Source: Candidatus Omnitrophota bacterium (GTDB lineage Bacteria; Omnitrophota; Gorgyraeia; Zapsychrales; Zapsychraceae). From it: DNA of 64,000 nucleotides. The stretch lies in NCBI GenBank assembly GCA_016931055.1, contig JAFGFL010000089.1:7257-71256 (forward strand), read 5' to 3'. Positions 1 to 9,059 of the stretch are shown in pieces. A program made the position numbers and the translations under genes. Each line of letters begins with the position of its first letter. The stretch's first letter is position 1. The notes under the pieces are model-generated. The model saw only the letters and a list, made by a program, of their open reading frames with translations. It had not been told where the DNA came from and did no database searches.

Positions 1-1
1 C

Positions 2-106
2 GGTCTAGTTTATGTTCACTCAAAAAGAAAACTCGCGGCCGGTGATTTTGTGATGGTCAAGGTCAGGGACGCTACTGAATATGACCTGGTGGGGGACGTG
101 ATATGA
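2..106 (+). CDS. 3' end of upstream gene; TRAM-like C-terminus of a radical-SAM methylthiotransferase (RimO/MiaB-like), partial
   Basis: The frame is open from the window edge and ends ...[21 protein letters not shown]. The TGA at 104-106 overlaps the pgsA ATG (ATGA). Confidence 0.4.
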   Translation, partial: GLVYVHSKRKLAAGDFVMVKVRDATEYDLVGDVI

Positions 107-678
107 ATGCGCCGAACCTATTGACGGTTATGAGGATTGTTCTTACGGTTTTCTTTGTTTTTGCCCTTTACCAGAATGGTTTGGGGGCAAAGGCCCTGGC
201 CTTGTTTTTCTTTACCCTGGCTGTTCTTACCGATTTCTATGACGGCTATTTGGCGCGCAAATATAATCTGATCAGCGCGTTTGGGAAGATCATGGACCCC
301 ATCGCCGATAAATTCTTGATGCTGTCGGCTTTTTTTGTTTTTATGCAGATGCATATCATTGCCGTATGGATGTTCATTGTTATATGCGCCAGAGAAGCGG
401 CTGTAACGGGTTTGCGTTTATGGGCAAAAAAGAAGGGGGTAACATTGGCGGCCGAAAAGGCGGGAAAAGTAAAAACGATATTGCAAATCGTTGCCGTTTA
501 TTTAATAATGATATTCATCATAGCGGCGCAGTCTAGCGTCCATGCTCAATGGTACGCGAATTTATTGTCCCTTGGGATCAAAGGCATTTATGTTTTTATG
601 ATGGGGGTTGTTTTTGTAACGATATGGTCAGGTCTTTCTTTCATAGGAAATAACCGGAAGGACATATTTGGTGTCTGA
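103..678 (+). CDS. pgsA: CDP-diacylglycerol--glycerol-3-phosphate 3-phosphatidyltransferase
   Basis: CDP-alcohol phosphatidyltransferase motif [27 protein letters not shown]; polytopic membrane protein of 191 aa. Confidence 0.9.
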   Translation: MNAPNLLTVMRIVLTVFFVFALYQNGLGAKALALFFFTLAVLTDFYDGYLARKYNLISAFGKIMDPIADKFLMLSAFFVFMQMHIIAVWMFIVICAREAAVTGLRLWAKKKGVTLAAEKAGKVKTILQIVAVYLIMIFIIAAQSSVHAQWYANLLSLGIKGIYVFMMGVVFVTIWSGLSFIGNNRKDIFGV

Positions 679-1126
679 TAAGATAGTAAAAATGCTGGCA
701 ACTTGGTTTTATGTTGGGGATATTCCCGGGGCGCCTGGGACTGCCGCGAGTGCCGTTGCCGTGATGATGGCTGTCATCTGTGCGCCAAACCTCTTTTTAT
801 ATGTGCTTATTGCGATCATTGTCATAGCGCTTGGATTTAAAGTTTCCGGAAGGACGGAGGAGATCCTCGGCCGGAAAGATCCGGGATGTATTGTCATTGA
901 TGAGGTCGCCGGGATCATGGTTGCTTTTTTTCTGCTGCCCATCACATGGCCGGTTCTCATCACGGCTTTTTTCCTCTTCCGAGCCTTTGACATGTTTAAG
1001 ATTTACCCGGTCAATAAGTTTGAACAGATAGAGGGTGGGGCTGGGGTCATGATGGATGATCTGATCGCTGGACTTTATACGAATATTGTCATGCAACTCG
1101 CCGTCCGTTGGGCGGGGATATTATAA
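668..1126 (+). CDS. pgpA: phosphatidylglycerophosphatase A
   Basis: PgpA-like GDIPGAPGTAASAV...IDEVAG...FRAFDMFKIYP. It overlaps the pgsA stop. The start could be GTG 668 or ATG 692. Confidence 0.8.
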   Translation: MVSDKIVKMLATWFYVGDIPGAPGTAASAVAVMMAVICAPNLFLYVLIAIIVIALGFKVSGRTEEILGRKDPGCIVIDEVAGIMVAFFLLPITWPVLITAFFLFRAFDMFKIYPVNKFEQIEGGAGVMMDDLIAGLYTNIVMQLAVRWAGIL

Positions 1127-1149
1127 TCCAGGAAAGTGAGGGTGATATC

Positions 1150-1935
1150 ATGATGCGTTCATCTAATCCGGCATTGAATGCCAAGGTTTTTGATGGGGCC
1201 GGTAGTTTTGAGGTAGGGGAGACAATGACGTTGCAGGGGACCGTTAATAAGACGTTTGTTTTGTTGGGGCTGCTTGTTTTGTCAGCAGCGTGGGTATGGG
1301 GAAAAATTATGCAGCCTGCCGCGCCCATGTTTGAGGGCTTAGAACAAACGGCGAGAACTGTTCCGTCTTCGGTTGGCCCTCTGATGATGCTGGGTATTTT
1401 TGGCGGGTTGATCGTTGGTTTTGTGACAATCTTTAAGAAAGAATGGGCCCCGGTAACGTCTCCGATCTACGCGTTGTGCGAAGGCCTTTTTATCGGGGGG
1501 ATTTCCGCTATTTTTGAAGTGCAATATCCAGGAATTGTGATACAAGCGGTCGCTTTAACTTTCGGGACATTGTTTTGCCTCTTGACCGCTTACAAGTCTG
1601 GGATGATTCGGCCGACTGAGAATTTCAAACTGGGACTGGTGGCCGCGACAGGCGCCATCTGTTTGATTTATTTTATCAGTATGATTATGGGTTTCTTTGG
1701 GGCGTCCATTCCGCTGATCCACGGCAGCGGCCCCTTCGGGATAGCCTTCAGCCTGTTTGTGGTCACGATCGCCGCTTTAAATCTTGTCATGGACTTTGAT
1801 TTTATCGAGCAGGGATCTGCCATGAGTCTCCCAAAATATATGGAATGGTATGCCGCTTTTGGGCTTATTGTGACGCTCGTATGGCTTTATATCGAAATAC
1901 TCAGGCTGCTGGCCAAATTACGCGAAAGACGGTGA
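1150..1935 (+). CDS. Bax inhibitor-1/YccA-family membrane protein
   Basis: N-terminus MMRSSNPALN, then about 7 TM segments with a charged C-terminal tail. GAGGGTGA Shine-Dalgarno before ATG 1150; the ORF is open from 1108. Confidence 0.65.
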   Translation: MMRSSNPALNAKVFDGAGSFEVGETMTLQGTVNKTFVLLGLLVLSAAWVWGKIMQPAAPMFEGLEQTARTVPSSVGPLMMLGIFGGLIVGFVTIFKKEWAPVTSPIYALCEGLFIGGISAIFEVQYPGIVIQAVALTFGTLFCLLTAYKSGMIRPTENFKLGLVAATGAICLIYFISMIMGFFGASIPLIHGSGPFGIAFSLFVVTIAALNLVMDFDFIEQGSAMSLPKYMEWYAAFGLIVTLVWLYIEILRLLAKLRERR

Positions 1936-1948
1936 AAGAGGGACAGGA

Positions 1949-3370
1949 GTGATGGCAATCACGGAAAGGCAAGCTGTTGAAAAACATTTTGACGACATTG
2001 CTTCCCGTTATGATTATTGGAAAAGAAGGAACTCCTACTATTATGATACGATCAAGGATTTTGTTTCAAGAATCATCCCGCCGGCGAGCAGCGTGCTGGA
2101 GGTCGGATGCGGGACCGGGGAAATCCTTGATACCGTGCGGCCTGCGCGGGGGGTCGGTATTGATATCAGCGAGAAAATGGTGGCATTGGCCGCGCAAAAA
2201 TATCCCCAGTATACCTTTATTCATTCACCCATAGAGAGCTTACGGCTTGACGAGCAATTCGATTATATCATCATGGTTGACGTCGTTGACCATGTCTATG
2301 ATATCATGGAAGTCTTCGCGAGCCTTTACCGTTTCTGCAAGCCGACGACACAAATCATTTTAACGACCGTCAATCCCTGGTGGGACCCGATCCTGATGTT
2401 GATGGAAAAGATCGGCGCCAAGATGCCCGAAGGGCCCCATAATTTCATCGAGAAAGGCAATTTAACCAAGATCCTGGAACTGATGGATTTCTCCGTCAGT
2501 TACAGCGGCTACATGCTGTTATTTCCCAAAAAGATTCCGTTCCTGTCATTTCTGGCCAATTCCATCGGTACGCGAATCTGGGGGATCAAGAAATTCTCGG
2601 CTGTTCAATATATGCTTATTCAGCCGAGAGTGAAGAATGACATTGATCTTGGCATGGGGTGTTCCGTTATCATCCCTTGCCATAATGAAGCGGATAATAT
2701 AGAGGAGGCGGTCAGGCGCATTCCCAGAATGGGCAAGAAGACAGAAATCGTTGTCGTTAACGACGGGAGCACAGATAATACGGCTCAGAAGGTCCGGGAC
2801 CTTCAGAAAGAGATTCCCGAGCTGAGGCTGATCGATTATAATTCTAATCGGGGCAAGGGACATGCGGTCAGAAGGGGGTTTGAAGAGGCAACCCAGGAAA
2901 TCCTCATGATCTTAGACGCGGATATCTCAACACTTCCTGAGGAGCTGCCGAGGTTCTTTCATCCTTTGAACAAAGGAGTATGCCAATTTGTCAACGGGAC
3001 AAGGATGGTTTACCCGATGGAAAATCAGGCGATGAGGATGCTGAATCTTTTAGGCAATAAAATTTTCGGATTTATGATATCCTTTATTACCCAACAGAGC
3101 CTCACAGATACCTTATGCGGCACAAAGGCGCTTTACAAGTCGGATTTCAAGCGGATCAGATGGGGTTTAGATAAATGGGGCGACTTCGATCTTTTATTCG
3201 GCGCCGCGAAAATGGGAAGCAAAATCATGGAGGTCCCGGTTCACTATATGTCCCGCAAGTCAGGCGAGTCGAAGATGAAGGCGTTTAAACACGGTCTTCA
3301 TTTATTGCGGGCTTGTTATTTAGGATTCAAAGAACTTGTCTTTGTCCGGTCGCGCGAAGTCCCAGGATAG
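1949..3370 (+). CDS. fusion protein: class I SAM-dependent methyltransferase (N-terminal) + family 2 glycosyltransferase (C-terminal)
   Basis: N-terminal VLEVGCGTGE SAM motif. C-terminal GT2 signatures: SVIIPCHNEADNI, VVNDGSTDNT, ILDADI. Confidence 0.8.
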   Translation: MMAITERQAVEKHFDDIASRYDYWKRRNSYYYDTIKDFVSRIIPPASSVLEVGCGTGEILDTVRPARGVGIDISEKMVALAAQKYPQYTFIHSPIESLRLDEQFDYIIMVDVVDHVYDIMEVFASLYRFCKPTTQIILTTVNPWWDPILMLMEKIGAKMPEGPHNFIEKGNLTKILELMDFSVSYSGYMLLFPKKIPFLSFLANSIGTRIWGIKKFSAVQYMLIQPRVKNDIDLGMGCSVIIPCHNEADNIEEAVRRIPRMGKKTEIVVVNDGSTDNTAQKVRDLQKEIPELRLIDYNSNRGKGHAVRRGFEEATQEILMILDADISTLPEELPRFFHPLNKGVCQFVNGTRMVYPMENQAMRMLNLLGNKIFGFMISFITQQSLTDTLCGTKALYKSDFKRIRWGLDKWGDFDLLFGAAKMGSKIMEVPVHYMSRKSGESKMKAFKHGLHLLRACYLGFKELVFVRSREVPG

Positions 3371-4755
3371 TTTAGGAGAATGATAAGAAGCACGGATAGA
3401 GGAAAGAAATGCAGGATAAGACGGGACAACGTTGTTGAGCTTTGCACTCCGGCAATCCATATGTAATTTGTTGTCAAGACGGCCACGGCGATATATAAGC
3501 CAAAAAATAATAATAAACTAAAAAAGATTATTTTTGCTTCAAAGGCTTTCCGCTTTCTTGTGAATTGGACCAGACTTAAGAAAGCAAGAATCCACACGAT
3601 GTTCCAATTGCCGGATAGAAATAAATCCTGCAGAAACTTGGCTATAATTTGAGGGATCAAACCAAATTTTTGCCATGTCAGCTCAAGACCTGTTTTATCA
3701 ATATTGCCTTGACCTTCCTTGAGGATATGGTTCCATATCTTATAAATGTGAAACACGGCACATATCCCAATACCGGGGATACAAAATTTTGCAGCGTTCT
3801 TTAGTTTTTCCTTCCCGGAAGAATTATTTTGCTGAATGAGAATAACGGCTAACAAAACCAAATAGATCCCCAAAAAAGCTGTGCCTTCCAATTTGGTGAA
3901 TGTCGCGAATCCCGCGAATAGCCCTGCAAGGACCAAAAAAGCGCTTATCTGATTTTTGTTAAAAAAAAGTAAGAGCATGATCGTGATACAGTTATAGTAC
4001 ATTAAAAAGAAATCTCTGTATGAGTCAGTGGCATGGATAATAAAAAGGTTGGATGACAGAAGCATGACGGATCCCAAGAGGCCCCAGGACCTGTTTGTAA
4101 AATGGCTTAAGAATTTGTAATGGATTACCAAATAAGATAAAAACGCGCAGGGGAAAATGATCTTAATAAGAACATCATCCCATTGCCCTAAATTGAAGGC
4201 CACCCAACTTTCCATAAACGGCGTAAACAGGGGATAGCTTTTGTGGGGCAGAAGGTCAAGTGGTGGCGGGATTTTCTCGAAATAGAAGATCTTTGCCTTG
4301 AAGGCCACTGACGCAACGGCGTCCCATGAGGACACTGGTATTGTCATAGAGAGCCAGAAAACATAAAGAGTTGTTTGGGCCAGGTACAACCATAAAATGA
4401 CGACAAAGGCAATATGAAAAATTTTCCAAATTCCCTCTCCTGTTGTATTTGTATTTGTCCGAATCAGACCGTTCTCTGGGATTCCGTTTGCAGGAGTTCT
4501 TCTTAAGCTTAAGAAAGAGAGTAAGACCGCAATCGCAAGAAAAGGGACCTGAAGGATTAATAGGTTGAAAGGTTGATGGCATATGTAAAGAACGAGCATC
4601 CAAAAGGCAAGCAGGCCAAGGCCTAATCCATAAGCAAGGGCGATTTTCATGTCGACGGGAAGAACGTGTTTTGGAAAAATCAATAACAGGCATCCGTATC
4701 CAGCGAGACAGGGAAGAAGAATGCTTAAAGCTAGATTGACTGCTAAGGATGTCAT
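3316..4755 (-). CDS. polytopic membrane protein, putative GT-C-fold (ArnT/PMT-like) glycosyltransferase
   Basis: 479 aa with more than 10 hydrophobic segments and a loop containing SSWDAV. Its start is coupled (ATGA) to the upstream membrane gene. Its 3' end overlaps the convergent gene by 55 nt. Confidence 0.4.
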   Translation of the reverse strand: MTSLAVNLALSILLPCLAGYGCLLLIFPKHVLPVDMKIALAYGLGLGLLAFWMLVLYICHQPFNLLILQVPFLAIAVLLSFLSLRRTPANGIPENGLIRTNTNTTGEGIWKIFHIAFVVILWLYLAQTTLYVFWLSMTIPVSSWDAVASVAFKAKIFYFEKIPPPLDLLPHKSYPLFTPFMESWVAFNLGQWDDVLIKIIFPCAFLSYLVIHYKFLSHFTNRSWGLLGSVMLLSSNLFIIHATDSYRDFFLMYYNCITIMLLLFFNKNQISAFLVLAGLFAGFATFTKLEGTAFLGIYLVLLAVILIQQNNSSGKEKLKNAAKFCIPGIGICAVFHIYKIWNHILKEGQGNIDKTGLELTWQKFGLIPQIIAKFLQDLFLSGNWNIVWILAFLSLVQFTRKRKAFEAKIIFFSLLLFFGLYIAVAVLTTNYIWIAGVQSSTTLSRLILHFFPLSVLLIILLNYPGTSRDRTKTSSLNPK

Positions 4756-5510
4756 TTCAGGCTACGGTTTTCAATAGCAAGAATATAATTCTTGTCTTTA
4801 CTCAAAACAAGGATTCTATAATTTTCGGGGATATGCATTAAAGCGTCGTGTTTGTAGAAGGAAACAATGGTGTCATTGGGTGCCCCGTTATCAAGCCGCA
4901 GAGAAATTTCCGGATAAAGGTGGTAAGATAAAATACGATGAAGGAGCATATAAGGATCGTTGTTCAAGTCTAAATCGGTCATCAATTTCCCTTGATGGGT
5001 ACCTGGAAGAAGTTTTTTGCAGGTTTGTGCAAAGTCATATATTCTACCAAAAAGGATTTGATTGCGCTCCTCAACGGTTTCCCCCCCGAAAATATTTTGT
5101 TCATTCTTGAAAAAATCGTATCGGTGAATTTGCTGAATTCCTGATAATAATAATAATCCTGCAATGCAAACTGTCATGACTGTTTCAATGATGGAATCAA
5201 TTTGTTGTTCTTTTGGCAAGCAATGAAAGGCCTTGAGAGCGATTATCGAGCAGGAAACAGATATGGCCAGGGCCCCATAGAACAGTTTAAGGGGATGGAT
5301 GCCGCTGATTGTTATGACGGTGCATAGATTTATATGGGGATGGTATAGACTGTTTTTGATTTGTAAGGCTAAATCTGACAAAGAAGTGTTAAACAATTTT
5401 GAAATCAAAAACATATATGACGCAAGAGAGATCGAAAAAACGAGAATGAGTATAATAAAATGACTGAAGGGTTTACTCGACAAGTTATTATTCGGGCATT
5501 GATCAGCCAT
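4752..5510 (-). CDS. hypothetical membrane protein (N-terminal TM bundle + soluble C-terminal domain)
   Basis: 252 aa ORF with 3-4 TM segments, in an AT-rich stretch. Its stop overlaps the start of the downstream gene. Confidence 0.45.
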   Translation of the reverse strand: MADQCPNNNLSSKPFSHFIILILVFSISLASYMFLISKLFNTSLSDLALQIKNSLYHPHINLCTVITISGIHPLKLFYGALAISVSCSIIALKAFHCLPKEQQIDSIIETVMTVCIAGLLLLSGIQQIHRYDFFKNEQNIFGGETVEERNQILFGRIYDFAQTCKKLLPGTHQGKLMTDLDLNNDPYMLLHRILSYHLYPEISLRLDNGAPNDTIVSFYKHDALMHIPENYRILVLSKDKNYILAIENRSLK

Positions 5511-5602
5511 ATCTGTTTAAATTGTTTGGTAATATGTTGGCTACTGTATTATAGACATGATGCGCAAACGCGACGATAGAAAAATCAAACATTTAAACAT
5601 CT

Positions 5603-6184
5603 TCAAGGAACTTTCCAGCTCAGCTTAGTTTCATGTAATGACTCATAAATTGGCCCCTGAGACGTTAAGGTGCTTTTGTAGAGAATAATGCAATCGATGA
5701 CTTGCTTTAAACCGGCGGGAAAAGAGTATTCTGACATGGCCTCAGACAATGCCTGAATGTTTCTTGGGGAACGTATCCGGCCGATTGTGACATGAGGGCT
5801 AAAAGGCCGTTCCTCTTTTTTGAATCCTAATTTTCCCAATTCATCCTCCAAAACAGAAACTTGACGCGAAATTTTCTGTTCGTCGTCTTTCAGGCCTATC
5901 CATAGGATTTTCGGGTGGTTTATACTTGGAAAAGCGTCCAGCTGGGTCATTTCCAGTTTGACCGGCCCGATGCCTTTAAAAAGGCTTTCTAATTTTTGTT
6001 TGATTGTGTCTATCTTTTCTAATTCGACATCACCCAGAAATTTCAGGGTCAAGTGGATATTTTCGGGTTTCACCCATTTGATGCTGCAGTCATGCTTCTT
6101 CAGCCGTTCCTGCACTCTTGAAATGGCTTGTTGGATTTCCGTATTCAGGGGGATTGCGATAAATGTGCGGATGGTTTGGCTCAT
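5603..6184 (-). CDS. thpR: RNA 2',3'-cyclic phosphodiesterase (2H phosphoesterase, LigT/ThpR)
   Basis: Two HxT motifs, HLTLKFLG and HVTIGR, at the spacing typical of the 2H family. Confidence 0.85.
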   Translation of the reverse strand: MSQTIRTFIAIPLNTEIQQAISRVQERLKKHDCSIKWVKPENIHLTLKFLGDVELEKIDTIKQKLESLFKGIGPVKLEMTQLDAFPSINHPKILWIGLKDDEQKISRQVSVLEDELGKLGFKKEERPFSPHVTIGRIRSPRNIQALSEAMSEYSFPAGLKQVIDCIILYKSTLTSQGPIYESLHETKLSWKVP

Positions 6185-6197
6185 GCCCGAAAGGGGA

Positions 6198-6665
6198 TTA
6201 AGTTAAAAATTCATTGAGTAGCCGCAAGGCTTGTGTCGCGGCTTGTGTTTTAATGCTTTTTCGTGCTCCTTTAAACTGACACTCAAGGCAGATGTTTTCA
6301 GTATCTGTGCAGATGGCGATAAAAGTCAGGCCGGTCGGTTTTGTTTTTGTCGCTCCGGTTGGCCCGGCTATCCCCGTGATGCCAATGCCGAAATCGGTGT
6401 TTAAGATTTGACGGGCTCCTTGTGCCATAAAAACGGCAACTTGCCTGCTTACGGATCCGTATTTTCTGATGGCGGTTCGGGGGACTTTAAGTAATTTGAT
6501 CTTCGACTCGTTACTGTAGGCAACTAAAGCAAATTTGAGGAATTTTGAGCTTCCGGGGATGTTTGTGAGGCGGTTTGACAGCAGTCCGCCAGTACATGAT
6601 TCCGCGATGGCAACTGTTTTCTTTGTATTAATGAGCAATTTTGCGATTTTTTCTTCAATGCGCAT
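6198..6665 (-). CDS. pncC: CinA C-terminal domain protein / nicotinamide-nucleotide amidase
   Basis: AESCTGGLL... and GITGIAGPTG motifs of the CinA-C/PncC domain; 155 aa. Confidence 0.8.
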   Translation of the reverse strand: MRIEEKIAKLLINTKKTVAIAESCTGGLLSNRLTNIPGSSKFLKFALVAYSNESKIKLLKVPRTAIRKYGSVSRQVAVFMAQGARQILNTDFGIGITGIAGPTGATKTKPTGLTFIAICTDTENICLECQFKGARKSIKTQAATQALRLLNEFLT

Positions 6666-6693
6666 ATGGGTAGTATAGGCGAGGACAAACCGC

Positions 6694-6722
6694 TTGACAA
6701 GTATTAATATTTAGAATATAGT
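6694..6722 (+). promoter_or_regulatory. sigma70-like promoter upstream of ribBA
   Basis: TTGACA (6694-6699), 17-nt spacer, TATAGT (6717-6722); about 150 nt upstream of the ribBA ATG. Confidence 0.5.
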
Positions 6723-6875
6723 ACAGCCTCTAGAGTTCATGATAATGAAATCAGGGATTTCTCTTAAGTCTTTAATTACAAAGGGTTTTGGACAAAAAGA
6801 ATATTTAAAATCCGCAAAAAATGTCATTCAGATCTGTGAATTGTGAATAGTAAATAAACGCAAAAGGAAAAGACT

Positions 6876-8075
6876 ATGTTCAACACGATTGAAGAAGTTT
6901 TAGAGGACCTGCGCCAAGGCAAAATGATCGTTGTGATGGATGATGAAGGCCGGGAAAATGAAGGTGATTTATTGTGCGCGGCCCAATTTATCACTGCTGA
7001 TAAGGTCAATTTTTTGGCAAAATATGCGCGCGGGTTAATTTGTGTTCCCATGGAAGAATCGAGGCTTGATGAATTAAAGCTTCATGCGATGCGGATTGAT
7101 GTCAACCAGGAGCATTTAAAAGACGATACGGCTTGGGCCATTTCGGTAGACGCGGCTAAGGGGGTCACAACAGGCATTTCGGCGGCTGACCGGGCCCAAA
7201 CGGTAAAAACTCTCATTGATCCGGCATCCAAAACTTCGGACCTTGTTACTCCGGGGCATTTGTTCCCATTGCGGGCCAAAAAGGGAGGCGTCCTGGTGCG
7301 CGCCGGACATACGGAAGCTTCTGTGGATTTGACAAGGTTAGCGGGACTTTATCCGGCTGGAGTGATCTGCGAGATTATGAATGAGGATGGCACGATGGCC
7401 AGGAACCCGGAACTTAAAGCTTTTTCCAAAACGCATCATCTTAAGATCTGCACGATTGACAGTTTGATCGAATATTTGCGCAAATCGGTCAAACTGGTTG
7501 ATCGGATTGTCGAAACGAAATTGCCGACGGAGTTCGGTGAATTTAAAATGATCGCGTACAAATCCAGAATCGATGACCTGGAGCATATCGCATTGGTTAT
7601 GGGAAAGATCGATGCGACTGTTCCCACCCTGGTGAGAGTTCAGTCCGAATGTTTGACGGGAGATGTTTTTAATTCGCTGCGCTGTGACTGCAATGCGCAA
7701 CTGCGGGAATCGATGAAGATGATTTCCGAGAACGGATCGGGCGTTTTTGTTTATATGCGGCAGGAAGGCAGGGGAATTGGGCTGATCAATAAATTGAAAG
7801 CATATAATTTGCAGGATGAAGGGCTTGATACCGTTGAAGCCAATGAGAAGCTGGGATTCTCCCCTGATTTGAGGCACTACGGTTTAGGGGCGCAGATCTT
7901 GGCAGATTTGGGTGTCAAGCAGATCCGCTTGATGACGAATAATCCGAGGAAAATCGTCGGCTTAGACGGGTACGGAATGTCGATGATAGAAAGGGTGCCG
8001 CTAAAGATTCCGCATAACCAGATTAATAAAGGCTATCTTAAGGCGAAGAGAGATAAACTGGGTCACATTTTATAA
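6876..8075 (+). CDS. ribBA: bifunctional 3,4-dihydroxy-2-butanone-4-phosphate synthase / GTP cyclohydrolase II
   Basis: N-terminal DHBP synthase (DDEGRENEGDL, RAGHTEA); C-terminal GCH-II (RVQSECLTGDVF..CDC, QEGRGIGL). Confidence 0.95.
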   Translation: MFNTIEEVLEDLRQGKMIVVMDDEGRENEGDLLCAAQFITADKVNFLAKYARGLICVPMEESRLDELKLHAMRIDVNQEHLKDDTAWAISVDAAKGVTTGISAADRAQTVKTLIDPASKTSDLVTPGHLFPLRAKKGGVLVRAGHTEASVDLTRLAGLYPAGVICEIMNEDGTMARNPELKAFSKTHHLKICTIDSLIEYLRKSVKLVDRIVETKLPTEFGEFKMIAYKSRIDDLEHIALVMGKIDATVPTLVRVQSECLTGDVFNSLRCDCNAQLRESMKMISENGSGVFVYMRQEGRGIGLINKLKAYNLQDEGLDTVEANEKLGFSPDLRHYGLGAQILADLGVKQIRLMTNNPRKIVGLDGYGMSMIERVPLKIPHNQINKGYLKAKRDKLGHIL

Positions 8076-8110
8076 TTAAAAAATTTCTTGTAATCCTGAT
8101 TTTTAAAATA

Positions 8111-8575
8111 ATGAAAGTAATCCAGGGAAAAAATGACGGGCGTGGAAAGAAAGTCGCTATTGTCGCGTCGAAGTTCAATGAATTCATCACGCAGCGGCTG
8201 CTTCAAGGTTGCTTGGATGAACTTGCCCGGCTCCGTGTTAAAAAAAGCGATATTTCGGTTGCCTGGGTTCCCGGGGCTTTTGAAATTCCTGTCGTTGCCT
8301 ATCGATTCGCCAAGAAAAAGAATATACAGGCTGTTATCTGCCTTGGCGCGATCGTCCGTGGAGAAACCCAGCATTTTGATTTAGTCGCGCAAGGAACAGC
8401 GCAGGGAATGATGCAAACATCCCTTATGACGGGTAAACCGATTATCTTCAGCGTTTTGGCCGTTGATACTATTGATCAAGCCTATAAAAGATCAGAAGAA
8501 AAAGGCGAAAATAAGGGCAGGGACGCCGCTGTAACGGCTATAGAGATGATCAGCGTGTTGGCACAGATCAAGTAA
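8111..8575 (+). CDS. ribH: 6,7-dimethyl-8-ribityllumazine synthase
   Basis: VAIVASKFNEFIT...VPGAFEIP...GAIVRGETQHFD, the classic lumazine synthase pattern. Confidence 0.95.
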   Translation: MKVIQGKNDGRGKKVAIVASKFNEFITQRLLQGCLDELARLRVKKSDISVAWVPGAFEIPVVAYRFAKKKNIQAVICLGAIVRGETQHFDLVAQGTAQGMMQTSLMTGKPIIFSVLAVDTIDQAYKRSEEKGENKGRDAAVTAIEMISVLAQIK

Positions 8576-8621
8576 AAATGTGCCCGAAATTTCTCAATTT
8601 TTGAAGTCGGTATAATCAGCT

Positions 8622-9047
8622 ATGCGTAAACGAACGCAATCCCGCGAATGCGCTTTGAAAATTCTTTATCAGGCAGAATTGACCCGAAGAAAGATCGGTG
8701 TTGCAGCTGAAATCTTTTGGAATGAATTTGAAACCATTGACGAGCCTGTTCATAATTTTTCGGAACGGTTAACCTCTGGCATTGAAACAAATATTGAAGC
8801 GATCGATCATAAGATCTCAGAGCATGCGACAAACTGGCAGTTGAAACGCATGGCCGTTATTGACCGGAATATTTTGCGCATCGGCGTTTTTGAATTATTA
8901 TATACCACGGATATCCCTCCTAAGGTGACGATCAATGAAGCTGTGGAATTGGCAAAAAAATACGGCGATCTGGAATCAAGCAAGTTCGTTAACGGGATTT
9001 TGGATAAAATCCACAAGCTTGACGTTGCGCCAGAAGATAAGAAATAA
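8622..9047 (+). CDS. nusB: transcription antitermination factor NusB
   Basis: [12 protein letters not shown]...[12 protein letters not shown]...FVNGILDK; the conserved ribH-nusB order. Confidence 0.9.
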   Translation: MRKRTQSRECALKILYQAELTRRKIGVAAEIFWNEFETIDEPVHNFSERLTSGIETNIEAIDHKISEHATNWQLKRMAVIDRNILRIGVFELLYTTDIPPKVTINEAVELAKKYGDLESSKFVNGILDKIHKLDVAPEDKK

Positions 9048-9059
9048 TCCGATAACCTT

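Noticed and set aside
6842-6855. 14-mer GTGAATAGTAAATA shared between the ribBA leader and the dnaX-recR spacer (63756-63769).
   Set aside because: By a rough estimate, around ten or more exact 14-mer coincidences are expected by chance among all position pairs on both strands of a 64-kb window, and more in AT-rich sequence. The match is noted only as a weak link to the heptad family.
6723-6875. Expected FMN riboswitch in the ribBA leader.
   Set aside because: None of the conserved FMN-element strings (GGGCGGGGUGAAAUUCCC..., CCGACAGU...) are present, so no riboswitch is called.
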